From positions 1 through 33,979 of the forward strand of contig JANRJK010000045.1 in assembly GCA_033764015.1 (NCBI GenBank): a DNA stretch of 33,979 nucleotides, written 5' to 3'. The stretch is from Candidatus Sumerlaeia bacterium (lineage in GTDB: Bacteria > Sumerlaeota > Sumerlaeia > SLMS01 > JANRJK01). The notes beneath the pieces were generated by a model. It saw only the letters and a program-made list of their open reading frames with translations. It was not told the DNA's origin and made no database searches. The translations under genes were made by a program, and so were the position numbers. Positions within the stretch are counted from its first letter, which is position 1; each line of letters starts with the position of its first letter. Shown here one piece after another: positions 1 to 10,778 of the stretch.

Positions 1-774
1 GCGCCCCCGCCCCCGCCCCGGCCCGTTTTCCGCCCGCCGCGCCGCCCCCCCCGCAGGGCCCCACCCCACCCCCTGGGGCCCCCGCCCCACCGCCCCGGCC
101 GCCCCCGCCGCGCCGCGCCGCCGCTCGAGGAGCGCCGGCGCGTGCGCGACCGCCAGCGCCGCCGGCTCGTGGGCCACGCGCCGGCCGCTCCGCGCCGCGC
201 GCAGGCACCACTCCGCGTCCCCCCAGGCGTCCGGCTCGAACAGCCGCGACACCCAGCCCAGCCCCCGCAGCGCCTCCGCGCGGTAGCCCGACGCCCGGAG
301 CGGCGCCACCAGCGCCGGGCCCGGCCCGTCCAGCACCACGCGCGAAAGCCGCCCGCCCACCCAGCGCAGGCCCTCGCGGCGCTGCTCGACCGCCCCGTCG
401 ATCCAGCGCACCACGCGCGCCGACACCGCCGCCGGCCCGTCCGCCGCGAGCAGCGGCTCCGCCAGCCCGCCGACGAAGGGCGCTTGCGGAGCCAGGCCCG
501 CCTCGCAGAACACCACCGCCCCCCCGCGCGCGGAGCCGACCGCCCGCGCCAGCGCCCCTCGCAGCCCCGCCCGTCTGCCGCGCGCCACCCGCCAGCGGGG
601 GAACCCCGCGAGCACTTCCGCCGGCGCGCCGGCGCCGTCCGCGTCCGCGACGACACCCTCCCAGGCGAGGCCCGCCATCGCGGCCGAATACTGGCAAGCG
701 GCCAGCGTCCGCCCAAGCCATTCGCCGCCGCCGGCGCTCGCCGTGATGATCGTGATGTCGGGGGCGCGCTCCAT
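1..774 (-). CDS. Degenerate GT2-like glycosyltransferase (3' end runs off the window)
   Basis: Not in the ORF track because there is no stop. Hand translation from ATG 774: MERAPDITIITASAGGGEWLGRTLAAC...EGVVADADG...ARGGAVVFCEAG...WGDAEWCLRAARSGRRVAHEPAALAVAH. This parallels the GT2 at 26875-27807 (IVVFLNPDC; YYEESDWCVRLARAGRRVRYAGAAAAYH). The frame is open to position 1, but bases 1-120 are low complexity. Confidence 0.6.
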   Translation of the reverse strand, partial: MERAPDITIITASAGGGEWLGRTLAACQYSAAMAGLAWEGVVADADGAGAPAEVLAGFPRWRVARGRRAGLRGALARAVGSARGGAVVFCEAGLAPQAPFVGGLAEPLLAADGPAAVSARVVRWIDGAVEQRREGLRWVGGRLSRVVLDGPGPALVAPLRASGYRAEALRGLGWVSRLFEPDAWGDAEWCLRAARSGRRVAHEPAALAVAHAPALLERRRGAAGAAGAVGRGPQGVGWGPAGGAARRAENGPGRGRGR

Positions 775-819
775 GCCGCCAGCATGGCGGCCCGGGGCGG
801 CGGGTAAAGCGGGGAGGGG

Positions 820-3080
<2,261 letters not shown>

Positions 3081-3084
<4 letters not shown>

Positions 3085-3782
3085 CCGAAGAGGTCGCCCT
3101 GCGCCGCGGCGCGCTCCGTCTCGCCGGCGGCGAAGGCCCGCGCCCGGGCGGCGACGGCCGCCGCCGACGCGGGCGTGGCGAAGGCCCGGGGCTCGAGCGG
3201 CGCCGCCCCGCGCGCGGCCATCGAGGCGTGCAGCGCGCGCAGCTCGGGGCCGCCGTCCATGCGGAGGAAGAAGACCGGCCGCCCCAGCTCGAACGCCGCC
3301 CGCAGGCAGTGCATCGTGCCGCTCGCGGGCCCGGCCTCCGAGGCCACCACCGCGTCCGCCAGCTCGGCGATCAGCCGGTTGCGGGCCACGGGGCTCGAGG
3401 TGCTTGGCCGGGCATGCGGCGGGAGGAGGCTGGCGAGGAGCACGCCCTCGGCTCGGGCGGCCCAGGGGAGGTCCGGCCGCGGATAGCCGATCCCGTGCGG
3501 CAGGCAGCAGATCGTCCGCCCGCCCGCCGCGAGCGCGCCCGCGTGCGCGGCCTGGTCGATGCCGCGCGCGCCGCCGCTGACCAGCACCGCGCCCAGGCGC
3601 GCCAGCTCGCACGCGAGCATCTCCGCCGCCGCCGCCGCTTCCGGCGAGGGCTCGCGCGTGCCCACCAGCGCCACGCGGAGCGGCGCCCGCAGCAGGCTGG
3701 CGTCGCCGGCGAGCCGCACGCCGCCCGTCCGGGCGCTGGCCCGGCCGGCGGGATGGGCGATGGCTGATGGTGCGTCGTGCAT
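3081..3782 (-). CDS. dprA: DprA/Smf-family (SLOG fold) DNA-processing protein, core domain only
   Basis: VALVGTRE, LVSGGARGIDQAAHAGAL, VARNRLIAELADAVVASEAGPASGT and ELGRPVF. At 233 aa it is too short for the usual N-terminal SAM and C-terminal winged-helix domains. Confidence 0.88.
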
Positions 3783-3798
3783 GGTTCGCGGCCTTCGC

Positions 3799-3829
3799 TT
3801 TATATTCGCGCGGCGCCGCGCCCTGTCAA
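3799..3829 (-). promoter_or_regulatory. Candidate sigma70 promoter for dprA-priA
   Basis: Minus strand reads TTGACA-gggcgcggcgccgcgc-GAATATAAA: a perfect -35 box and an AT-rich -10 region 16-19 nt downstream, in a very GC-rich background, about 17 nt before the dprA ATG. Confidence 0.5.
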
Positions 3830-3839
3830 GCCCGGACGC

Positions 3840-4898
3840 TCAGCGCGCCGCCGTGCCCTTGTCCTTCAGCGCTTCCTGCGCGAGCTGGTGCGGCAGCTTC
3901 TCCGGCACGTCGGTCTCGCCGGCGAGGTCCTTGAACCGCTTCTCGAGGTCCGCCGCCTGGCGCTCCTTCAGGTTGAAGGGGCGGCCGGGGGCGTTGCCTC
4001 CGAGCACCGCGCGCAGCCGCGCCTTCTGCTCCGGCACGCTCTTCTCGAGGAACGAGAGGGCGCGGTCCGGCGTCAGCAGCGACTGGTCGATCTTGAGCGC
4101 GCCGGCGAGCTGCGCGGAGAGCGCCGGATCCAGCGGCTTGCCCGCCTTCAGGTGGTCGATGATCGCGAGCTGGTTGGCGATCGCGCGGATCAGCAGCTCC
4201 GGGTTGTCGCCGCCCGAGTAGTCGCGGCTCACGATGCGCTTGTAGCCGGGCTCGCCCTGGCGGCGCGCCTCGAAGGCCTGGATGCTCGCGCGCGTCTGCC
4301 ACAGCTCGTAGACGGTGATGTCCTCGTCGGAGACGGCGTCCGGCGTCTTCATCATGTCCTTGTACCACGCGCGGATCTGGTCGTTCAGCTTCCCCTCGCG
4401 GTAGGCGCGGATGCGCCCCGCCTTCAGGTCCACGCGCGCCATGTCCACCGCGTCGAGGAAGTCCCACCAGATGAACGTCTGGATCAGCGACACCGTGTTG
4501 ATGAACGCCGGCTCGATCATCTTGAAGAGCGTGCGCAGGTCGTGGATCTCGAGGTTGCCCTCCATGCGCTTGGCGCCCGCCGCGTCGTCCTTCTCGACGA
4601 TCTCGTAGAGGATCGAGTTCTGGTGCGTCGGGCTCATGAAGTCGCTTTTGCGGCGCTCGTCGTCGCCGAGGAACGTCTCGGCGATGTGGTAGCGCACCGG
4701 CCCGAACGCCTTCGTGTTGGCGAGCGTCAGGTGGAGCTGCGCGATGCCCTGGAAGACGAGGTCGTCCCAGACGCGCTCGAGGTTCGGGTTCATGCGGCAC
4801 ACCGCCGGCTGGCGGGCGTCGAGATAGCGCTGCACCTGCGTCAGCACCGCCTCCACCGCTTGCACCTGCGAAGGGGATTGCGCGGCCAGGTTCACCAT
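3840..4898 (-). CDS. Hypothetical cytoplasmic protein (352 aa, apparently alpha-helical)
   Basis: Normal amino-acid composition and GC3-biased codons. GAGGAG Shine-Dalgarno lies in the 3' end of the upstream gene. No recognised motif. Confidence 0.8.
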   Translation of the reverse strand: MVNLAAQSPSQVQAVEAVLTQVQRYLDARQPAVCRMNPNLERVWDDLVFQGIAQLHLTLANTKAFGPVRYHIAETFLGDDERRKSDFMSPTHQNSILYEIVEKDDAAGAKRMEGNLEIHDLRTLFKMIEPAFINTVSLIQTFIWWDFLDAVDMARVDLKAGRIRAYREGKLNDQIRAWYKDMMKTPDAVSDEDITVYELWQTRASIQAFEARRQGEPGYKRIVSRDYSGGDNPELLIRAIANQLAIIDHLKAGKPLDPALSAQLAGALKIDQSLLTPDRALSFLEKSVPEQKARLRAVLGGNAPGRPFNLKERQAADLEKRFKDLAGETDVPEKLPHQLAQEALKDKGTAAR

Positions 4899-4902
4899 GT
4901 CG

Positions 4903-5334
4903 TCACTCCTCGACGGGCGTCTTCGTCAAGCTCCCCTCGAACATCCGCCGCCCGATTATGGGGTAGAAGAATTCCTTGCCCAGCCACGTCTGCACCGCGC
5001 CCCAAAGGCACACCGCGACGTACGCCGTGTAGATCAGCACCATCAGGAACTGGTTCATGCTCCCCAGGAAGCCGCCCAGCGAGGGGACGATCACCCCGAC
5101 CACCTTCGCCAGCAGGTAGAGCACCGAGGCCGGGATCACCCAGAACACGAGCAGCAGCGCCTGGAAGACCATCGCCTGCTGCACGTGGAAGACAAGGTCG
5201 CGGCTGCGCTCCTTGTGGTAGATCCAAAGGCCGATGTTCGCCAGCAGCCCCCAGGCGGGGATCGCCGTGAACAGGTGCGCCAGCGCCCCGGCGGGGCGCT
5301 CTTCTGGACGTAGGATCGTGGGTTGGGTTGCCAC
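4903..5334 (-). CDS. DUF4870/Tic20-like small membrane protein
   Basis: Pattern ALAHL...WIYHKERSRDLVFHVQQAMVFQ...three hydrophobic segments...GKEFFYPIIG matches the DUF4870 family. GTG start. Confidence 0.8.
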   Translation of the reverse strand: MATQPTILRPEERPAGALAHLFTAIPAWGLLANIGLWIYHKERSRDLVFHVQQAMVFQALLLVFWVIPASVLYLLAKVVGVIVPSLGGFLGSMNQFLMVLIYTAYVAVCLWGAVQTWLGKEFFYPIIGRRMFEGSLTKTPVEE

Positions 5335-5542
5335 CAGCTTCCACCCGCGTGGTCGTCAGGGATAACTGAAGGGGAGCACGCGGCGCGCTCAGGCTCCAGA
5401 GGAATCCGCCGGAAATCGTCCGGCGGCCCCCGCGGCGGGGCGCCCGGGGCGGATTCCCCTTCCCCGAGCGCGTCGGCCCCGCTTCAATCACGCCACCGGG
5501 AGGGCGCAGCCCACCGGCGCACGCCCCACGGAGCCCCCACCA

Positions 5543-6007
5543 ATGAATGGTCTCGCCGAATACCTGCAGCAGCGCCTCGCCGATAGCGGCTTCGCCGCGC
5601 ACCGGATCGAGCCGCTCCCGGCCGTCGCCGGGGTCGACCGGGTGATCGCCGCCTACGGTCCCGAGCCCCATCTCGCCGTCTACGCCGGCCTGCGGCATGG
5701 CGGCCAGTCCCTCCGCATCGGCTTCGCCGCAAAGGACCGCTGGATGAACGAAGAGGTCGAGGACGCCGTCGAATCCAACGGCGGCGACATGACCGAGTTC
5801 ATCGAAGACGGCATGGAGGCCGACGACGAGCTGGAATTCAAGACGCAGCACTTCCACGAGGCGGGCTGGTTCCACTTCGCCAGCGACCTCATGAAGCCCG
5901 CCGCCTTCTTCGCGACCGAAGAGGGGCGCGAGCTCGCCTGGCTCTACCTCGAGGGCTACGGCAAAGCCGTGCTCCCCGTCCTCGCGAAGGCCGGCAAGGA
6001 AGAATAG
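5543..6007 (+). CDS. Acidic hypothetical protein (154 aa)
   Basis: Coding-like composition (RIGFAAKDRWMNEEVEDAVESNGGDMTEFIEDGM...QHFHEAGWFHF), followed by a hairpin. Confidence 0.75.
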   Translation: MNGLAEYLQQRLADSGFAAHRIEPLPAVAGVDRVIAAYGPEPHLAVYAGLRHGGQSLRIGFAAKDRWMNEEVEDAVESNGGDMTEFIEDGMEADDELEFKTQHFHEAGWFHFASDLMKPAAFFATEEGRELAWLYLEGYGKAVLPVLAKAGKEE

Positions 6008-6037
6008 CCCGCCCGCGAGCGGCCCGCGGATACGAAG

Positions 6038-6071
6038 AGGCGCCGCGCGGACCCGATGCCGCGCGGCGCCT
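6038..6071. terminator. Hairpin between convergent genes, probable bidirectional terminator
   Basis: Perfect 13-bp stem AGGCGCCGCGCGG / CCGCGCGGCGCCT with an 8-nt loop. U-tracts are weak. Confidence 0.6.
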
Positions 6072-6099
6072 TCGCGTTCGCGGAGCCCTCCGGCCCCGT

Positions 6100-9000
6100 C
6101 TAATACATCATCCAGCCGTCGCCCACGCTCGCGTTCGCGCGGTTCACCTGGATCGTCCACTCCACGGGCGAAGCCCCCGGCGCGTCCGACCACGCGGTGA
6201 TCGTCGCCGTCGGCTGGTTCGCGTAGGCGTCGAGCACCAGCAGCTCAAGCTGCGTCGAGCCCGCGGGGAGGACCTGAGGCGCGGGATGCGCCGCCAGCGC
6301 AACCGAGCCCGGCGGGGTGGACTCTATGTGGAACTGGCCGAGATTGAGCGGCCCGCTCCCCGGGTTCGCGATGGTGTATAGCAACGGCACGTCGCCCGAA
6401 CCGCTCGTCACCGCGACCGTATCCGTCCCGCCGAGCGCCACCGCCCCGCCCCGCGCCACCGTGACGCCGGGGAGCGCCGCGTTGGTGCCATCGAGCGACA
6501 GCAGGTACTCCACCAGGTCCGCCACGTCCGCCGGCGGCACCGACGTGTGGGCCGCCGCCAGCGCCGCATCGTCCGGCGTCGAGAACAAGATGTCGTCGAT
6601 CTTCAGCTCGCCGCCCGACACACCGCCCGAGATGACGACCGTGTTGCTGCCGGCTTGGAACACAACCGGCACGCGGTGCGTGCGCCACTCGTTCGGGTAC
6701 CACGACGGCGAGTTGGGCGACTGGGGCATGACGACGTTCGTCGGCGCGCCGCCGTTGATGGCCAGGCTGAACATCCCCTGGCCGTAGCTCGCGTTGTAGC
6801 GCAGCTCGATGTATCCCGGCCCGCCAACTGCCGAGGACACATCGCCGAAGGTGATCGACGCCGCCCCGTAGAACACGACGAACCCGTTCTGGTGCCATTC
6901 CTTCTGCGTGATCCAGTTCACCGTTTCGTAGGTGGCGCCGCCGGCGAGCGCGCCCTCGTTCGCCTGCGCGAGCCGCCCGCCCGTGGTGCTGAACACCTCC
7001 GCCAGCGTCGCCGCCGTCCCGTTGTGCAGGTACGGCGCCGCGTCGTGCAGGCCGAGCAGCGTCGGCGTGTCGATCGCCGTGAGCGGCCCGCCGAGCCGCT
7101 GTCCCGAGGACGCGCGCAGCGTGCCGACGTTGTGCGTCGCGCGGTCCGTGTAATCGGCGCCGGGCGTGTGGCACGACGCGCAGTTGTTCGCGGCGAACAC
7201 GTCCGCGCCGCGGAGCGCGGCGGCGGAGAGTGTGCCGTTCGTGTTGCGCGCCGTGCTGCGCGGGATGCTCGCCGTGCCGAGCGACGCCACGTAGGCCGCG
7301 AGCGCGTCCAGGTCCGCCGAGGCGCCGGCCTTAGGCGCGCCGAGCGTGGCCATCAGGCTCGTGAAGTCGGCGTCGTCCATGAAGCCCGCGCCGCCGAAGT
7401 CGTTGCGGATGTCGTTCTCGAAGTCCTGGATCTCGTCGAAGTTCGCGCTCCAGTGCACGGCGCCGTGGAAGGTGCCCGAGCGCCCGCGCAGGTCCGTCGT
7501 GTTGCGGAATCCTTCGCCGCGGTTCGTGAAGTCGTAGGTGCGCCCGTCGTGGCTGCCGTCCACGTGGCAGGTGGCGCAGCTGATGTAGCCCTCGGCGCTC
7601 ATGCGCGGATCCGAGGCGTTGTAGAAGACGCGCTTCCCCTGCAGCACCATCGGGTGCAGGCGCTCCGCGCCGGCGGTCGCGATGCTCGCCTCCGGGATGT
7701 TGCCCGAGCCCGCCGCGAGGTACTGCGAGATGTCCAGCCGCGTCGCCGTCCGGTCCATGAAGTCCGCCGTGAACAGGCGCCCGGTCGCGGGGTGCAGCTC
7801 GACGCCCTGCGGGGCGAGCCCCGTGCCCCAGCGCGTGCGCACCGTGCCGGGCGTTTCCGGCCGCATGAAGTCCAGCACGTCCACCACCGCCACCTGGTTG
7901 TTCCCTTGCAGCGCGAGGAAGGCGTAGTCGCCCAGCGGGCTGAACGCGATGCCGGCGGGCGAGTCGCTGTTGTCGATGTCGAGCCGCAGCGACACGTCCT
8001 CCTGGTTGGTCGAAAGGTCGATCACCATGAGCTGGGCGCGGACCGTGTTGTCCTGCCCGAGCGGCAGGTTGGCCGCCGAGAAGGTGCCGCGCTGCGTGTT
8101 GTCCTTCTTGCCGACCACCCATGCGTGGCCGCCGTCCGGCGTGATCCGGACCGCGGCGAGGTAGTTCGGCACGCCGCGCCCCGAGGCAGCTCCGTCCTGC
8201 GAGTAGTCCTTCGCCAGCCGGATCGTCCGCGTCAGCGACATCGGCCCCGCCAGCGCCACATCGTACACGGAGCCCTCGTACCGACCCGAGACGAATCGGG
8301 TCACCAGCGCGCGGCCACCGTCACCGGTGACGGCGATCGCGCGCGGGGAAGCTCCGAGCGCCAGCGCGCCGGTCTCCGTCCGCGACGCCGCGCCGAAGCG
8401 CCGCAGCGTGCCGTCGCCCTCGCAGGAAACCAGCATCGCGCCCGCGCCGGGCACCTGGGCGATGCCCACCGGGCGCGAGCCGTAGGGGAGCGCGATGCGC
8501 TCCAGCAGCGCTCCCGTCGAGGCCGCCAGCACATCCACCGCGTCGCCGTCATGGCACGCGACCCAAACGGTTCCGTCGCCCGCGAGGGCCACCGACCGGG
8601 GATCGCCCGCCACCGGCGCCTCCCAAAGCAGCGCTTCCGTGGCGGTGTCCACCGCGGCGACTGTGTCCGTGTCCGGGTTCACCACGTAGAGGCGGTCCGC
8701 GGCGGCGTCCAGCGCGAGGTGGCTGCTCGCCGTCGCGCCGCTCGGCGTGAAGGGCTGCACCACCGAGATCAGGCGGGTGCGCGCCGAGACGGCGCCCTCC
8801 GGGTCGCGCGCCTGGACGGTGACCGAGAAGTGCCCTTCCGCGGCGTAGGGATGCGACGCGGTGGTCTGCGTGCTCCAGCCCGTGCGCGGCGAGCCGTCGC
8901 CGAAGTCGACGCGGTACTCGATGGAAAGGCTGTCCGGGTCGATGCCGCTCCACGCGAAGTCGACGGGCGAGCCCGGCGCGGCCGGCGCGGGGGTGGCCGC

Positions 9001-10554
9001 GATCGCGCCGATCTGCGGCGGCTGGTTGCCGCCCGCGAGGTTGCTCCCCGTCGAGAACCGGAACGTGTACGGCTCCAGTCCGTTCCCCGCCGCGTCCTCG
9101 ATGGCCGACGTCAGCACCACCTCGTACGTCGTGCTCGGATCCAGCGGCGACACCGGCGTGACGGTGAGCAGCTTGCCCTCGCTGAACGAGTGGTAGATCG
9201 GCAGCGGCGAGCCCCCCACCGGGCGCAGGATCAGCGACGAGCCGTTCATGATCGTCTCGGTGCGCAGCGTCTCGGGGATCGAAAGCGTGATCGGGCAATA
9301 GACCGAGTAGTTCGTCTGGTCGGGCCGCGGGATGTGGTAGGCGACAAAGGGCGAGCGCGTGTCCGGCTCCGACTGGTGCGCGAAGACCGCCGCGCCGGGC
9401 CCGTCGGTGCCGTAGCCGCCGGTGATGACCAGGTTGCCGAGCGGCAGGGCGAACTGGCTCGCGTCGATCAGCCCGGGGACCGTCGGCAGCGTCAGCACCA
9501 CGTCGAAGGTCCGCATGTCGATCTTGTAGTTGTTCATGAACGCGTACTCGTCCTGGAACGTGACGTACTGGTTCGAACCCGGCACGTTGCGGTCCGCGAC
9601 GACTTGCAGGTTCGTCGGGTCGGAGAAGTCCACGATCATATAGCCGGCGCTGCTGCCGACGCCGCCCTCGCCGTCGCGGCGCGGAAAGAATATATAGTGT
9701 CCGTACACCTCGGGCCAGTAGCCGCCCGGGTTCTCCTCCTTCAGCACATCGAGCAGCACCGGGTTCGTCGGGTCGGAGATGTCGTAGGTGGCCACGCCGG
9801 TGCCCGTTTGATCCGAGGCGTAGATCAGGATGTTGCCCATGATGAAGGGCATGCCGATCACGCCGGTCTGGCCGAGGTGGTCCCAGCTCGCCTCGAGCGC
9901 GGGGCCTGTCGGCGCGCCGCCGTTGCCCCAATCGTGCAGCCACTCGCCGACGGTGCGGCGCACGGAGAGGAACGCGTTCCCCTCCACGGCGCCGTAGCTC
10001 CAGTACATGCGGGCCCCCCAGGGGGATTGGGCCCCGGAGCGGTCGTAGGTCCCGACGGGGATTCCGGCATCCATCTCCATCGTCGAGCGGGTCAGGTTCG
10101 AGAAGCCGATCGGCGTCCCCGGCCCGCCGATCCGCAGGGCGTCCCGGTACAGGTTGTCGCTGCCGTTGCAGGGCTGGTTGTTCGAATCGAGGCAGTGCGG
10201 ACCGACGAACAGGTACTCGCCGGTTTGGAAGTAGCCGTGCGCGTTGAAGCCGAAGCTGGTCGCCGGGAGGACCGCGACCTGGATGTTCGACAGATCGCTG
10301 ATGTCCATCACGCGCATCTGCACGTCGGCGCCGAACTGGCTGCCGGGGGGCTCGGGCACCGTGACGAGGTAGTCGCCGTGCCAGGCGATGATGGCGGTGC
10401 GGCCCTGTTCCGGGGCGATGGGCCCGGCGAGCAGCTCGCCCGGGGTGCGGGGAACGTTGGGGAAGCCTTGGCCAAGCGCAACGCCCTCAAGGGCGCAGGC
10501 GGCGACTACGGCCAGTGCGAAGGCGCGGGCGCCCGAAGATGCAAGGGTGCCCAT
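6100..10554 (-). CDS. Large secreted multidomain protein: LVIVD repeats, Ig-like (Big_5), PKD, YncE-type beta-propeller, di-heme cytochrome c peroxidase/MauG-like domain, CBM6/35-like domain, Ig-like domain, WMMY tail
   Basis: Signal peptide (RAFALAVVAACALEGVALG-Q). LVIVD-like YDISDPTNP and IVDFSDPTNL. Big_5-like LTVTPVSPLDPSTTYEVVL. PKD VDFGDG...SHPYAAEGHFSV. Propeller LYVVNPDTDTVAAVD. Two heme motifs CATCH and CASCH, plus TPTLLGLHDAAPYLHNG. Start is 10554 or 10584. Confidence 0.88.
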   Translation of the reverse strand: MGTLASSGARAFALAVVAACALEGVALGQGFPNVPRTPGELLAGPIAPEQGRTAIIAWHGDYLVTVPEPPGSQFGADVQMRVMDISDLSNIQVAVLPATSFGFNAHGYFQTGEYLFVGPHCLDSNNQPCNGSDNLYRDALRIGGPGTPIGFSNLTRSTMEMDAGIPVGTYDRSGAQSPWGARMYWSYGAVEGNAFLSVRRTVGEWLHDWGNGGAPTGPALEASWDHLGQTGVIGMPFIMGNILIYASDQTGTGVATYDISDPTNPVLLDVLKEENPGGYWPEVYGHYIFFPRRDGEGGVGSSAGYMIVDFSDPTNLQVVADRNVPGSNQYVTFQDEYAFMNNYKIDMRTFDVVLTLPTVPGLIDASQFALPLGNLVITGGYGTDGPGAAVFAHQSEPDTRSPFVAYHIPRPDQTNYSVYCPITLSIPETLRTETIMNGSSLILRPVGGSPLPIYHSFSEGKLLTVTPVSPLDPSTTYEVVLTSAIEDAAGNGLEPYTFRFSTGSNLAGGNQPPQIGAIAATPAPAAPGSPVDFAWSGIDPDSLSIEYRVDFGDGSPRTGWSTQTTASHPYAAEGHFSVTVQARDPEGAVSARTRLISVVQPFTPSGATASSHLALDAAADRLYVVNPDTDTVAAVDTATEALLWEAPVAGDPRSVALAGDGTVWVACHDGDAVDVLAASTGALLERIALPYGSRPVGIAQVPGAGAMLVSCEGDGTLRRFGAASRTETGALALGASPRAIAVTGDGGRALVTRFVSGRYEGSVYDVALAGPMSLTRTIRLAKDYSQDGAASGRGVPNYLAAVRITPDGGHAWVVGKKDNTQRGTFSAANLPLGQDNTVRAQLMVIDLSTNQEDVSLRLDIDNSDSPAGIAFSPLGDYAFLALQGNNQVAVVDVLDFMRPETPGTVRTRWGTGLAPQGVELHPATGRLFTADFMDRTATRLDISQYLAAGSGNIPEASIATAGAERLHPMVLQGKRVFYNASDPRMSAEGYISCATCHVDGSHDGRTYDFTNRGEGFRNTTDLRGRSGTFHGAVHWSANFDEIQDFENDIRNDFGGAGFMDDADFTSLMATLGAPKAGASADLDALAAYVASLGTASIPRSTARNTNGTLSAAALRGADVFAANNCASCHTPGADYTDRATHNVGTLRASSGQRLGGPLTAIDTPTLLGLHDAAPYLHNGTAATLAEVFSTTGGRLAQANEGALAGGATYETVNWITQKEWHQNGFVVFYGAASITFGDVSSAVGGPGYIELRYNASYGQGMFSLAINGGAPTNVVMPQSPNSPSWYPNEWRTHRVPVVFQAGSNTVVISGGVSGGELKIDDILFSTPDDAALAAAHTSVPPADVADLVEYLLSLDGTNAALPGVTVARGGAVALGGTDTVAVTSGSGDVPLLYTIANPGSGPLNLGQFHIESTPPGSVALAAHPAPQVLPAGSTQLELLVLDAYANQPTATITAWSDAPGASPVEWTIQVNRANASVGDGWMMY

Positions 10555-10778
10555 GCCTCGGCTCAACTTCGCGGAGCATGTCATGATGTGGGGGACCGGA
10601 TGGTGGTATCGGGAGGAGTGTAGGCCCATTGCGCCCGTCCGGCTAGGATTTTCTCACCGAAGTTGGATTTTTCCCGGAGGTCGGCAACCCGGGCCGGGCG
10701 CCTCCCCCCACTATCGCCTTGCTCGGCATGGGGTTGGCCTCTGCAATGGGGCCGCACTCTCTTGACCGCAAGGATCCC

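Noticed and set aside
1..120. C-rich low-complexity stretch, possible repeat or G-quadruplex on the minus strand
   Set aside because: No regular repeat unit. It lies at the window edge, where the GT2-like translation loses protein-like character, so it is more likely a low-quality contig end.
6547..10623. Very long antisense or alternate-frame ORFs (e.g. 6547-10623 +, 1189-3486 +, 11952-14978 -, 22772-25018 +, 25262-27196 -)
   Set aside because: Arg/Ala/Gly/Pro-rich shadow ORFs expected at this GC content, each overlapping a gene with clear family motifs.
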